64,000 nucleotides of DNA, taken from positions 39,608,252 through 39,672,251 of the forward strand of contig NC_057719.1 of NCBI RefSeq assembly GCF_004010195.1. The letters are read 5' to 3'. Made by a program: the position numbers and the translations under genes. The notes under the pieces are model-generated. The model had not been told where the DNA came from and ran no database searches. It was given only the letters and a program-made list of their open reading frames with translations. Within the stretch, counting starts at the first letter, position 1. Each line of letters starts with the position of its first letter. The DNA comes from Chiloscyllium plagiosum. Taxonomy: Eukaryota. Below are positions 39,270 through 53,100 of the stretch, one piece after another.

Positions 39270-40610
39270 GAGTTTAGAGTCAGAGTGTTACATCATGGAA
39301 ACAGATCCTGTGCTCCAACTCGTCTATGCTTAGATTAGATTACTTAGTGTGGAAACAGGCCCTTCAGCCCAACAAGCCCTCCAAAGAGCAACCCACCCAG
39401 ACCCATTCCCCTACATCTAACACTACGGGCAATTTTGCATCGCCAATTCACCTAACCTGCACATTTTTGGACTGTGGGAGGAAACCAGAGCACCCGGAGG
39501 AAACCCACGCAGACACGGGGAGAATGTGCAAACTCCACACCGACAGTTGCCTGAGGCAGGAATTGAACCCAGGTCTCTGGCGCTGTGAGGCAGCAGTGCT
39601 AACCACTGCCACCGTACCACCCAGATATCGTAAATTAATCTAGTTTGCCAGCATTTGGCCCATAATCTCTGTAAAACTTTCCCATTCATATGCCCATCCA
39701 GATGCCTTTGAAATATTATTGTACCAGATTCCACCACTTCCTCTGAAACAAAGAAGTTAATATTAGTAATTATGATGATGAAACTACTGAATAGTCACAA
39801 AATTCAATTTCACTGGTTTCCTTTGAGGAAATTTGCTATCCTTACCTCATTCCATACAAGCACCACCCTCTGCATGAAAAAGTTGTCCCTTTAGGTCCCA
39901 TTTATTATCTTTCCCCTCTCACCTTAAACCTCTGCCCTTTAATTTTGGTCTTTCCTACACCCGGAAAAAGACTCTAATCAGAGTCATGGAAATGTACAGC
40001 ACGGAAACAGACCCTTCTTGCCTCTCAAATTTTATAATGACCTTCCACAAGATCACCCTTAAACCTCTGACACTCCAGGAAAAAAAATAGCCTTAACCCA
40101 TCCAGCCTCTCCCTATAGCTCAAAACCTTCAACCTCAGCAATACCCTTGTAAGTCTTTTCTGCATCCTTTCAAGTTTAAATGACATCCTTCCTGTAGCAT
40201 GAAGACTGGAATTGAATGCTGTATTCCAAAAGTAGCCTAAGCAATGTCCTGTACAGCCACAACATGACCTCCCAACTCCTGTATTCAATGTCCTGACCAA
40301 TAAAGGCAAGCGTACCAAATGCCTTCTTCCCTACCGTGTTTTAAATGGTGACTTCACCTTCTAGGAACTATGAACCTACACCCTATGATCCCTTTGTTTG
40401 GCAACACTTCCCAGAACCCTACTATTAAGTATACAAGTCCTACCCTGATTTGCCTTTCCAAAATGCAACACCTCACATTTATCTAAATTAATCTCCATCT
40501 ACCATTTCTCAGCCCATCTGATCAATATCCCATTGTACTCAGAGATAACTTTCTTCACTGTATACTACACCAATTTTGGTACAAGCTGCAAATTTACTAA
40601 CTGTACTTCC
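39270..40610 (-). mobile_element. CR1 LINE 3' region with nested insertions
   Basis: KLERMQKRLTRVL..LSYRERLDGL CR1 ORF2; contains a SINE and a templated insert. Confidence 0.8.
39330..39620 (-). mobile_element. HE1-like SINE nested in a CR1 3' UTR
   Basis: Same family as 1791-2116. Confidence 0.87.
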
Positions 40611-40984
40611 TGTCAGTTAAAACTGGATAGGAGAAGAAGTCATATCAAACTCAATGTTCATGCTGTTTCTCATCACAGATGCTGCCAGACCTGCCGAATC
40701 TTTTCAGCAATTATTATCTGTTAGTGCATTTAATCAATTGTATTTTTGACCCAGCACTCATTGTTTTAAAAAAGTGTTGAATGAAGTACCACAGTTAAAC
40801 AGCTATAGCTGGTCACCAGTATCAACTGCCATGTTTCAGAATGTGGAGGAGCAGATCATAAAGGCCCTCAAACCCACTTCATTATTCAGTAACATTACAG
40901 TTAAGCTTCCACGTTAATTCCACTTTTCTGTTCTATTCCATTATGACCTTAGTTGGAGGTAAACATTCAAATCCAAATTTTACA

Positions 40985-41315
40985 GCAGTAATGATGTGGG
41001 TATACTAGCATACCAGTTGACGTTACTGGACTTCAAATCCTATAGCAGCTAGAAAATTTACTCATAAGAAAAATCTGAAACAGAAAAGTTAATATTAGCA
41101 ATTATGATGACAAAACTACTGAATAGTCACAAAATTCAATTTCACTGGTTTCCTTTGGAGGAAATTTGCTGTCCTTACCTCACCTGACCAACTTCAAGCC
41201 CATTGAGATCTGGTTGACTCAATAGCCCTCTGAAATGGCACAGTAAGCCATTCAGTTAGAAGTCAATTTATATTGGCAGTGTCCATAATGCCCACATTCC
41301 ACGAGTGCATAAAGT
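40985..41315 (+). mobile_element. Degenerate second-family tRNA SINE
   Basis: Similar to 25262-25785 and 49120-49470. Confidence 0.6.
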
Positions 41316-42584
41316 GAATAGACAATACAACTGGCAGAAGAACTATAGGCTAATGAATGGTGCACAACAGCATGGAGAGAAGAACAAATTAAATAACACC
41401 AGAGCAACATGCTTCCAATTTTGGCCGAGGCCATAATCCAAGGTACTTATTGAGTCTGTTATTTGCAATGACTACAGCAGCACTTGTGTGCAAAAATAAG
41501 CAATTTGTTGAAATTTCCAGATTTACTTTCATGCTTTTTGCAAGACAAATCTGGAAATAACGTATTCTCAGCTGCTTTAGGAAAAACCACATGCAGGATT
41601 TGAAAGCTGATCAAGGTTTTAGATAATGATAATTAATGTGAGCAGAAATGTTTGTCCATTTGATAAGACATGATAAATTTTACCATATTTTGACTCTTCC
41701 CTTTCCAAGTCAGATAGAGTGAAATTCTGTTTATGTTCCAATTACTGCAGCATGTTCAATCATCATATCCTCAGACAAAATTTGAATGAAGTATTTAAAG
41801 ATATTGCAAGCATGAGTTATCATGTCATATTCAAAATAGACAAAGAAAGATTTGAGGTAATGAAAAGCAGTTATTAATACCAGACCTTTAAACAATACTT
41901 CAAAATACAATTTATTAAAGCAACTAACCACAAAACTTGGAGTTTAGAGAAGTTATAAAATTTGTAAGAGGTTTTGTTTATATTCAATACAAGTCTTTTT
42001 GATACTGCAAACTGCTCAAATGTGAAAACTGAAAAAACAACAAAATCAATCTTAAGTGGAGGTGAATGTAATGATCAGGTGCTAGTGAAATGCAGCTGTA
42101 GCAAGATTTCCTGGATATATTTTTTGAAACCGTATTGATGATGAGAAGAATTGGCTTAAAAACCACACTAGAAATAGTATGTGTAAATAGTGTAAAGTTT
42201 TACATCACTGCAACAACCAGAGGAAATTTTTCAAGTTTACCTAAGGAAGAGGCAGAGTTATTCAAATTTGTTTAACTCAGTACTTCACCCATCTATATTC
42301 AGAGCACAGTAATGAATGAGTTGACAATTGCCTTAGTTCTTGAAGCAGACAGCCTGATCATTATGAAGTGCATTATTGTGTTATAGCTAGCAAGAATGCA
42401 TCTACAGAGAGAGAACCAATTAAAAAAAAGTGACCAACTCACAGGATACCATGTGGTATTGACAAAACCCATTCATCTTTAAATGGTTTGAGTAATAGTG
42501 AGGGGGCAGGAGAGAAAGAAAAGTTTAAAAAACCTTGACAAATTATGAACATTTTTAGTTGCCCACCCCCAAGTTCCTACATTC

Positions 42585-43050
42585 ATAGTCATTCAGCACA
42601 GAAACAGCCCTTCACCCCAACTCATCCATGCTAACCAAACATCCCAATATGACTTAGTTCCATTTGCCAGCACTTTGCTCATACCCTCTTTACCCTCCCT
42701 ATTCATATGCCCATCCAGATTCCTTTGAAGTGTTGTAATTGTACCAGCCTCCACCACTTTCTCTGGCAGCTTGTTTCACACATGCACCATACTCTGCGTG
42801 AAAAATATTACCCATCAGGTCCTTAATATTTTTCCCCTCTCACCTTACCTATGCCCACTAGTTTTGGATTCCTTCACCCTAGGGGAAAAAAAAAGGAAAA
42901 AAAAAAGATGGTCTATCCATCCTATCCATGCCCCTCATGATTTTATAAACTTCTAATGTCAACTCTGTATTAATGCTCCAGAGAAAAAAGCCGCAGCATC
43001 CTTGCAAGTCTTTTCTGCAGCCTCAAGTTTAATGTCCTTCCTTTAGGAGT
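42585..43050 (-). mobile_element. CR1 LINE 3' fragment
   Basis: Recurrent CR1 3' sequence. Confidence 0.78.
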
Positions 43051-43848
43051 TCTTTAATCCACCTTCAGATGCCACTATACCCATGTTTAGACGACTAAAT
43101 GTTTCACAAAAGATTAGTTGGCTCAGAATTGCCAAAAGAAAAGTGACATTTTACTACCGACAGCAATAGCTTTTTAAATTTGTACAGCCTTTACATTTAA
43201 AAAAAATTGGCTGCTTGCTCAACTTTACAGTCCAAAAAGATGACAGAAAAGTAACAAGAGGTTCTTAAATAATTAAAGACTGATGAGGTAGACATGGAAA
43301 AAAAAAAGAAAGTGCTTCCAGAAATTAGGGAATTCAAAACAAAATTGAATAGTAACCATATCCATTAAAAGGAAGGCGAATTTCAGTTTCAAATTCTAAC
43401 TAGTGTAGAATTGTTTCACAAGGAGTTGCTGAGGTAAATAGCATAAAATGGGTTTATTCTAGACAGCCACAAAGCAGAAAAAAGAAAGGTGTAGAAGGTT
43501 GGACGGATTGTTTTAGTGGAGGTAGGATGGCAGAAGGCATGTGGAGCATAACACAGCCATTGATCATTTTAACAAAAACCTGTTTGTGTCAAACTCAATA
43601 TGATGCAGAAGAAATCTAATCCCAACATTAAAAATTACTCCAATTACAAAATTCAAAGGCTCATTTGTGTGTTACTGTTTGAATAGACCTGGTATAAATA
43701 GAATTTAAGCAGGAAACAACTTAGGAGTGAGATACTGAAACCACCAAAGCAGTTAAAAAAATGCAAGCTACAATAGCTGGCCCATAGAAAGGCTTAAGCA
43801 AGATTCTAAGAAAATTACTATGCACTCATTTGTGAGGACCAAAGTATA

Positions 43849-43854
43849 TTTATT
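43849..43854 (-). terminator. Candidate ckb polyadenylation signal AATAAA
   Basis: First minus-strand AATAAA I found after the stop codon, ~175 nt downstream. Confidence 0.6.
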
Positions 43855-44028
43855 CATTTTAATTCATCAGAATAACAATGCAGTGATTATAATTTGAAGA
43901 CTACTACATTTATGGAAGATATTTTCCTAAAGACAACACTTTCCCAATCCAGACTGGCATCTTGAGGTTTTCATAATATTATACAATATATCCATTGAAT
44001 AGTTTAGAAGTTGTGCGATAAAGTGACT

Positions 44029-44207
44029 TTACTTCTGAGCTGGGATAAGATCATCGATAGCCTGACGCTTTTCAAGGCGTTTCTCCATTTCAATTAGCAG
44101 CTTCACACCATCGACTACCATTTGAACCAATTCGACCTCAGAGAAACCCAAACGATCAGCATTGGAAATATCAAAAATACCACCAACTGCAGCAGTATCA
44201 ACACCAC
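44029..44207 (-). CDS. ckb: ckb exon 8 coding part (179 nt incl. TAA): [59 protein letters not shown]
   Basis: Acceptor TTGTTAG|; typical cytosolic CK C-terminus PAQK followed by stop. Confidence 0.97.
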
Positions 44208-46979
44208 CTAACAATGAGAAAGCAATAAATATCACTAAGTTAGAGTTGTAATGAAATACTAAAATCCAATTGACCCAAAAAGACAAAGCAGTTTCCCTTT
44301 CAAGTAAATTTAAAGTCATTAAGATACATTGTCTGTTTTAGGATGTGAATATGCCAGACAGGCAGGCAACAAAAAGTGGGATTTAATTAACAATTGCAAT
44401 AAAAAAAAAGTTTTAAATTACACCAAGTTCCTTTTAAAAGATAAATTGCACAGGCAAATTGCAAAAGCAACACATCCACAAAAGCCTTTCAACAGTTTTT
44501 TTGAAACTGATCCATAAAATAAACAAGCTTAGCTGTGTCATGGAAAAATAGAATGTAGAAAGGAAATGAAAAAGACTAAAAAAAACTTTTACTTCAGTAT
44601 TTTTCCAATATTGTAATGTAGTCTGAAGTGAATCATGCTTTAATCTTGTGACAGTGCTTAAAATTACAAAATAAAAATAGCAACTACATACACTAGATCT
44701 GCGGGTGGGGGGGGGGGAAAAGAATGTCAAATCAAGTGATAATCCAAAGACTGGTTTAAGTTTATTCACAGAATCCAAATTAGGCCCAATAGATAAACCT
44801 GATCTCTCTCAAAAGGATGACACGAACAACCAACGTACAAGTAGTTTCCAACACCAATGCAGAAAATAATGGTCTTTCTTTGTAAAATTGGCTTTGTTCT
44901 AAACTACTGTCAATCTCATCTCAAAGGTATGAGCTTTGATTCTTCATATATTTGTTCTTTTCCTTGAGCATTTTATTTGTAGATCCCCCCCACCCCCATC
45001 TGTTTGCTAGCAAGCTAGGCAATTGTTTAAGACATTAAAGTGCTTTTGAAAGCAGTAAATCTAAGCTGCATTGTAGGGATGGACTTCATCCTCTCCCACC
45101 AGAAGTGTTAAAGGCATATGCATACAATTCAGCAGCTAGCTTTTCTAGCATCTACCAGCTTTTCTGACATCAGAAAGGTGTTGGGTAGTTTGTCTGCTCA
45201 AGGGCCTATTAAAGCCTTCAAAATGCCTCAGATGATCACACAGGATTCATCCCATCACCTACATTTTGCCTGTCAAGAAAGACCACTGCCATGTGGTGGC
45301 CCAGCAGGTGAGCAGAATGTATATTCTTTCGGTTCCCCAGAGGCACTCTCCTTCTAGAAGGGGACTTTTGCCCCATTAATGTCCTTAACCCTCTGTCTGG
45401 CCTCTTGAACCCAGCTCTCAATCCCAAGTAATGGGTAACACGTGGTCAGAGCAGTGACCACTGCTCTCAGCTGACAGTGCTGGCACAGATGCCTGGTAGC
45501 TTGCAAATCAGACTTCCTCCAAAAGGAAGGGCTAGTCTCACGTGCCTGGATAGACTCGGTTCCAAACCTTTAGTCAGGACAACCATGGAGAACATAACAG
45601 GAAAAACAGCAACCTAAACCTCATGCATTCTGTCTTACTTTGTAAAGTTCAGCTTCTTTTATATGTACTTTAAAGATGGATACAGAACCCCATCCTGGAC
45701 TTGCCATTTAATAAAAGAAAAAATTTGAGTTCTCATCACTTATCTTAACCAGCTTCCATAAAAGAGGTCGAGGCACCTCAATTCTTAAATAATCAGGTGG
45801 CAATCTGAATTCTAGGAATGAGTGACTGTTATATCCACTTTATCTGAAATGGTTCTCTGGTTTGTACTTGAAGGATCAATCACTAATTATGCAGACCAAA
45901 AATTTACAAGAGTGCTCAATTCATACTTTGACGGTCTCAAAGTGTTCTGCAACAATTGTAGAATCTTGAAAAATAATTGTTTTCACCATTTTGCCAAATG
46001 CATGTTGTAGATTCAGTTGCCAATAAATTTAGAATCCATATTTGGCTAAAAAATTAATTTAGAAATGAATGGATGGTCAAGGATAGCCAGTATGATTCAT
46101 TATTAATTTTGTGTCAAAGAGAAGATGCATGAAACACATGTATATGACTGCCAGTATGTTGCACAAGTGGCCTTTTCAGAAGGGCACCAGGAGGCAGCTT
46201 CCAGTTAGATTGGATGCTAACATTGAAGATGGCATCCTCATACCTAATTTTCCAAGTCTCACAAACTAATTTAGAAGAAGTTTATTCCACCACATCTTGT
46301 TGTTTCAAGATTAAAAAAAGGAGGTACTGGACTTGATTTCAGGCACAGGTATTGGTCACTGTTTAAAACATGTCAGAGACGCAGGATGTACTTGAACATC
46401 TATATGAGCTTCCAGCCAGAATGCAGGAAATGAGATCACAGATGCCAATATTCCAGAAAACAAAATTATTAATCTGCAGCATAGCTGGAGGGCAAAGTGA
46501 AGAGCAAGCTACAGCAGAAGGCTGATGGATTTTGCACAAAGTACTTGAGGTCTCAAGAAGCCTGCCAAATGGAATTGGGACAATGTCACGGAGCAAGGAG
46601 GAATCCAGAACCAACTTGGCACAGGACTTTTTAAAAAGCTTGGAACCCGTCTGTTCCAGTCTTGGAGCAGTGGCCAACTCCATCAGCACATTTGTGAATT
46701 CCAATATAACTTTTCATTTATAGCCAACATCACAACTGCATTCCCATCACATTATAGCTACCTGGAATCTCTTGCTCTACTGCCTGCAATTAGGATGCAT
46801 TGAAAAGATTTGCAGGTTGATGTTCAACTGGTTTGATTATGTCATGAATACATGTTCCTTGGCTATTAGGTCCTGGAGCAGATCTTGAACCCATGGCATC
46901 TAATTCAGATTAACTTGGTTCAAGTCTGATCTTGCATGATAACAAAGTTGTGGCTAATATTGTTCAAAAAGGCTTGCAG

Positions 46980-47310
46980 GATCTTAACTGTAGAGCTAGT
47001 TGCTTCCTAAGATGGTAAGGATACTGCTCTGGACAAGTTACAGTGGACCATGACTCAAAAGCTAGTTGTCTTCTTGAAGGCATCTTTCATCTTCATACCA
47101 CCACACGGTTGATGCCCATCCAAGATGGTGCACCTCTCAGGGCTTTCAGAGAGAGTTACTTGGTAATCTTTCAAGTTCATCTAGGAGTGTATATTTCTCA
47201 TGGACTGTTAGCAGCCTTCCAAAATCCAAGATAAAGCCACTGAACATTGCTTAGATAATAATAGAGGAAGGTCACCAAAAAGAAATGTTGTAATGACTAG
47301 TGACAAACAT
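46980..47310 (-). mobile_element. Possible RTE-clade LINE remnant in ckb intron 7
   Basis: Minus-strand segment weakly resembles the RTE C-terminal LRWAGHVxRMxDxRxP motif. Confidence 0.35.
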
Positions 47311-48157
47311 AGGCAAGATGTCAGAATGTTGTTAAATGGAGATTAAGAATTACTGGTATCGAATTGAAGATTTCGTGGACAGCCTAACCATTTAAAAAAA
47401 AAAAGGGGCTGGCTATATTCTAGCATCTCCAACAACCCATTTTTAGTGTGCTAATAGCAGTGTCCTTGTGTCACTGGGGTTTTGTACAGCATGCAAACCA
47501 CCAGCAGTCTTGACATGCACTACAGAAATCCCCTCGAGTGGAGGTTTCAGCACTGAAAGCATTACTTCAGCATGTCAATGCTCTAATCTGATTAGATCTT
47601 ATTTCCTAATTTTATGTATTGTGCATGTAAATGTTGATTGTGGCTGATTGACAATGTGCACATTGACAGCAGTTTGCCTTCATTATAGCTACCCTATCTC
47701 ATTATAGTGGCTTAATGATAGCTGGAACAGCAGACTAGAAACACAATGAATGCTTGCCAGGAAACCAGGAAGTGCTGATGAACAACAAATTGGAGAAACT
47801 CCACAGGTCAGTGACACAGACACATCAGTGAACCAGTAAATATTGCAAATAACACTAGCATGGTAGAGTCAGAATCATAGAATTTGTTGCCACACAGTCT
47901 CCTTCACAACTGTTGGTAAATGTAAAGGAGTTTACAGCTTTCCTGGAGTTTCTTAGCCACAAGAAATTCTAAAGCAAAACTTCTACCAATATGATTGATT
48001 GTAAGAGTTACTTGTTTGAAGAAGAAATTCTATTGTGCCAAATTCTTACATTTGGTCAGTTCACCTTGGATTATCTGTCTAGCACTTTATTGCTAGAATG
48101 TACTGTATAATATTCAGGGCTTTGCAACAATGTACTTTCTAGGCAAGATCAACCTAC

Positions 48158-48347
48158 CTGTACCACGTTTCTGCAGTCGCAGCTTTTTCAGAATTTCACC
48201 AAAGTTTTCATTTTTGCTGAGATTAGGAAGCTTCACATGGACGCCAGCACGGAGACCTGTTCCCAGGTTAGAGGGGCATGTCAGGATGTAGCCAAGGTGC
48301 TCATTCCACATAAATGCACGACTATTGTTTTTGAAGACATTTTCGAT
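48158..48347 (-). CDS. ckb: ckb exon 7 (190 nt): [63 protein letters not shown](G)
   Basis: Acceptor TTCTAG|, donor CAG|GTAGG; CPSNLGT active-site signature. Confidence 0.97.
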
Positions 48348-48435
48348 CTAGAATTTTGAAAAGACAAAAATGTATTCAAAAAAAAAACCACCACAGGCTT
48401 TTGGCTTTTACCAACCCAATGGTACAGATCTGTAC

Positions 48436-48559
48436 CTTTGTTAGCCCTGTACAGAAACGGGTGAAGACTTCTTTCATATTTCCACCTTTCTGCATGGAAA
48501 TGACTCGAAGATGATCTTCTTCATTTACCCAAACTAAGAAAGTCTTATTGTCATTGTGC
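48436..48559 (-). CDS. ckb: ckb exon 6 (124 nt): [42 protein letters not shown]
   Basis: Not in the ORF track; read manually. Acceptor TTTTTTAG|, donor AAG|GTACAG; NEEDH catalytic motif. Confidence 0.97.
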
Positions 48560-49119
48560 CTAAAAAAAGAGAAAACTGATTAATTTGTAACCAATCAGTA
48601 ATTTTCAATTTATTAAAGTCAGTGCTAGTGTATACAGTCACAACTAAATATTGTGCATTCGACAAAAACTCAATTAAAATAATTACATTTGACTTGTCAC
48701 ATTCATGTGAGCTCCAGGCTAGTCCCATTTATCTGTCCTTTCCCTGTAGCCCTGCTAATTTCACTTCACAATTGTCCAATTTCCTCTAGAAAGCCACAAT
48801 TAAATTTCTACCCACCATCTCCATAGTGTATTTCAGATCCTAGCCACTTGCAGCTTAAAGACAAAACAAAAACTCATGTCTGGCTCTTATGTCAATCAGG
48901 TTAAAAACTGACACTAGTTTTCAACCCTTCAGCCAATTGAATCATTTCTGCCCATCTACTGACCAACCTCCATAATTTTGAATACTGCAATTCAAGTTGC
49001 CTTTCAGCATGCTCATCTAATGAAAGCATCCACAGCTTCTCCAATTTAATTGTGCAACTGATATTGCTCATTCCAGAATCTCAAATATTTCCAGTTCCCT
49101 CTCCAATGCACTTATGTCC

Positions 49120-49470
49120 TTCAGGTAGTGATGAGTGATGTCACTGGACAAATAATCTGGAATCCCTGAGTAATGCCTAGGGACATGGATTCAAACTGCA
49201 CCAGGATAGTTGGAAGAGATTTAATTGTCACATTAAAAAAAACACATAGGGAATGAAAGCTACTCACAACAATGACCACAAAACTACTTAATTGCTGTAA
49301 AAACCCATCTGGTTCTCAAATATATCTTAGAGGGAAGGAAATCTGCATCATTATCTAGTCTTGCCTAGCTACACATGACCCAGAACCACAATGCAGTTGC
49401 TTTGGATACTCTTGAAGGGATATTGATGGACAAGAAATGCTGATCTCATCAGCCATGCTCACATCCCACA
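49120..49470 (+). mobile_element. Degenerate second-family tRNA SINE in ckb intron 5
   Basis: AAAACCCATCTGGTTC...GGGAAGGAAATCTGC body and shared tail. Confidence 0.65.
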
Positions 49471-50547
49471 ACTTGTGTATACCTAAACGTGTACACAAAT
49501 ATTCCAATGAGACCAAACCAGTGTTTTTTTTAGATACACATTTGTCATAATTTCCTTACTTTTGCAAGCAAAGGAACTGGCTTTAAATTGTGGATTTATA
49601 TTTACTCCCTTAGAGTGCACTTCTCTGGTCTTCTAGCACTTGCTCATATTCAGGCAATGTTGGAAGATTACAGCCAACACTTAAAGAAAAGTAAGAATGG
49701 AAGTTCTGCATGTGTTGGTTTGGATCTCAAGTCCTGGTGTCTTATCAGGCAGAAGTTGGTTTGTCCAATCTATTGTTAGCAGAAGTTATATATTTGTTTT
49801 AAAGAATCAAACCAATATATTCTGTAACAAATTCAAAGACACCACCTTCTTTGAGAGTGTTATGTTGCATTGCGTGAAGACAGTCTGCACTTGTGTTTGC
49901 AACATCGGTTGGGGGGAGGGAAGAAGAGGAAGGCAAGCAGTAGCACCTGCTAGTATTCAAAATTTGTAAAATGCCTAAACTCACTTTTACACAATCCACC
50001 ATAAACACTTGCAAGGTTATTATATAGGAACTTGTATTGGTTTAATTACCAATACAAAGTTCTTTCCAACTAAACTACGGAAATAAATTAAACCATGTTG
50101 GTGACCAAAAGGAGGAAACAGACTACATTGCGGAAACACCGACTTCTGCATAATAAACCTAACAATGAGTAATGGCTATACAGTGCATGTACATGCAAGC
50201 CAATTGAAAAGTAAGCTTCTAAAATAAAAGTCCAAACAGCAACCCCTTCCAGACCATCTTTGCAGAAAGCTGAACTTTCTCCCAAACTGTCCTCCACTTC
50301 AATATGGCTTGTATAACTTTCTAACTGCACAGTTATTTGCTAGTAGAGACAGAAAAACTACTAGCTGCTGGTTAATTTTAAAAAAAAAGCACTTTAGGCT
50401 AACTTTACTTCGGAAATTGATAAACCCACCCTGCATTCAGTACATTAACTATTAATACAGTGCTTCAGCAACCAGCATTCAAAAGAGATGAAATAGTTTC
50501 AAATAAGCAAGCATTTCATTAGTTCTCGATTCCCACCAAGAACTGAC

Positions 50548-50719
50548 CAGATGCCTCTGCCATCAGGCCAATCACGTGCCATCCCAGAAGCCAACAGCAG
50601 TGGAGACACAGGCTTGTCAAACAGGAAGTGGTCATCAATTAGATTCTGCTGCTCCTGGTCAGTCATGTTCTTCAGGGCGTAGTATTTTCCAGTAAACTCA
50701 CCATCCAGACTTCCCAAAG
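50548..50719 (-). CDS. ckb: ckb exon 5 (172 nt): [57 protein letters not shown](W)
   Basis: Acceptor TCACTAG|, donor [17 protein letters not shown] and ARDWPD motifs. Confidence 0.97.
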
Positions 50720-50727
50720 CTAGTGAA

Positions 50728-50764
50728 TAAATTATTATTATTATTATTATTATTAATAATAATA
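50728..50764. repeat. (ATT)n/(AAT)n microsatellite next to the exon 5 acceptor
   Basis: taaattattattattattattattattaataataata. Confidence 0.85.
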
Positions 50765-51609
50765 AAAAAATTACTTAAATTAGACTAGAGAATTTCCAAA
50801 TTTAACAGTTTGGCTTGATTACATTGTTAAGTCAAAACCTCAAATGAGAAAAAGGAAAATTAAGCAAAATATCAAGGTTATTTAAGACATGGCAAATAAA
50901 AGATTAAATGACTGCCATTAACTCTTATTCAGAAGACTAAATATTGGGCTTGGAGAGGCTACATTTTAATCAAATGAAAACATGTGCAGCTGTCAATTAA
51001 ACAAACACAGATTACAGGGACCAAATGATGCAAATTTTGAAAGCTTGGGCAAGCAGGTTTCCCCTAAAGTTCATTAATTTGGGCAGAATTGGTCTTGAGT
51101 CATGAGAGATGTTTCAGTAAAAACCTGATGATAGTCAACAGCAGGGATACCTCCAGAGACTGCAGGGCAACAGAAAGGTTGCTTTACTCTCAAAAGTGAA
51201 ATCTAATGTATCTAGGCCCATGGTTCTTAATCTTTGGTCTCCTTGGGGACTCCTGCACAGACCTTTCAAGAATTCTACAATAGAGGATCAACACACAGGT
51301 GTATGATTGTATAGGATGCCATGTTTGAGGATAAGCAAGCCAGCAAAGGCTTGCTTTGTTCTCCATGCTCACTATAGTATACTTCCCAGTTATTCACTAC
51401 CGTCCCCTTACACTTTTACTGTTCTGCTGTTCCTAGGCTGAAGTCCTCTCAGGATCTTGCTGTGGATAAAGTGACTCTGCAATGAAAAGTGAGCATTTTT
51501 TTCACTCCAATGTAATGTAGTTGCCCTTTTTCCTTAAAAGTGAAGGCATTGTATCCAAGGGGGTTCACAAGTTTATAATATTTAATTTAGAGGAGAGTCT
51601 GAGTACTTC

Positions 51610-53100
51610 CAGTTAGTTGTACAGCGCAGAAACAGGCCCTTTAGTCCAAATCATCATGCTGACTAAATACCCTAAAATCAATCTAGTCCCATTTGCAAAC
51701 ATTTGGCCCATATCCCCCTAAACCTTTTCTATTCATATACCCATCCAGATGTCTTAAATGCTGTAATTGTACTAGCCTCCACCAATCCTTCTGGCAGCTC
51801 ATTCCATACATGTACCAACTTCAGAAAAAGTTGCCAACAAATCAGTTTAAAATTTTTCTCCTCTCACCTTAAACCTATGCTCTCTCGTTCTGGACTTCCC
51901 TATGCTGGCAGGGGAAAAAAAAAAGGAGACCTTGGCTATTCACCCTATCCATAGCTCTTTATTTTCTAAGCCTCCAAGGTCACCCATCAACCTCTGATGC
52001 TCCAGGGGAAATAGACCCAACCTATTCAGTCTCTCTTTTTGCTCAAATCATCCAGCCCTGGCTTTTCAGGTTTAACAGCATCTTTCCTATAGCAGGGAGA
52101 CTAGAATTGAATGCAGAATTCCAAAAGTGGCCTATCCAATGACTGTACAGTCACAATATGATTTCCCAACTTCCATACTCAATGCACTGACCTATAAAGG
52201 CAGTATACCAAATGCTTTTTTTTCATTACTGTGTCAACCTGCAACTCCACTTTCAAGGAACTATGAACCTGCACCCAGTGGTCTGTTTGGTGACACTTCC
52301 CAGGGTTGGATCATTAATCCTGCATTGATTTGTCTTATCAAAAATGCAACATCTCACATTTGTCCAAATTAAACTCCATCTGCCACTTCTTGGCACAATA
52401 GCGCATCTGACCAAGGTCCCATTCTGCTGAAATAACCTTCTTCACTGTCCACTACATCACCCATTTGGGGTCACCCACAAACTTACTAACCATTCCTCCT
52501 ATATTCATAGGAAAAAAGCAGTTGTCCCAACATTGCCACAAGGATCAAAATCACTGATCATAGGCCTCCAATCTGACCAGCTCTCTACCACCACCCTCTG
52601 TCTACTACCATCAAGCCAATTTTGTCCAAATGACTAGCTCTCACTGGATTCCATGTGATCTAACTTTGATGACCAGTCTACCATGCAGAACTTGAAGGTC
52701 TTGCTGAAGTCCAGAAAAAGCCTCCAGTCTTTCAACATCTCACCCATGGCTATTGATAAAAAAATCTCTCAGCAAGGGGGCCAGCAATCTCTTCACTTGC
52801 TTCCCACAAAGTTCTAGAAGTGTGTCCTGGAGATTTATCCATCTTTATGCACTAAGACGACAAGCATCTCCTCGACTGTAATAAGGATACTTAAGATATC
52901 ACTATAAAATTTCTCCAAGTTCTCTAGCTTCCTTATCCACAGTAAGTATTGACAAAATACTCATTTAGTATCTTATCCATCTCCAGTAGTTCTACACAGA
53001 TGGTCTTGATTATCTTCAAGGTGCCCTATTTTCTCTCTACTCTTTTGCCCTTAATGTATTTGTAGAAAATTGCTGGATTGTCCTTAACCCAATTTGTCAA
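51610..53100 (-). mobile_element. CR1 LINE (RT to 3' end) in ckb intron 4
   Basis: ~1.5 kb of degenerate CR1 ORF2 and 3' UTR. Confidence 0.8.

Noticed and set aside
1..43800. Expected syntenic neighbours of CKB (MARK3 on the 3' side; TRMT61A on the 5' side)
   Set aside because: I found no kinase/KA1 exons here and no methyltransferase exons upstream of ckb; they probably lie outside the window.
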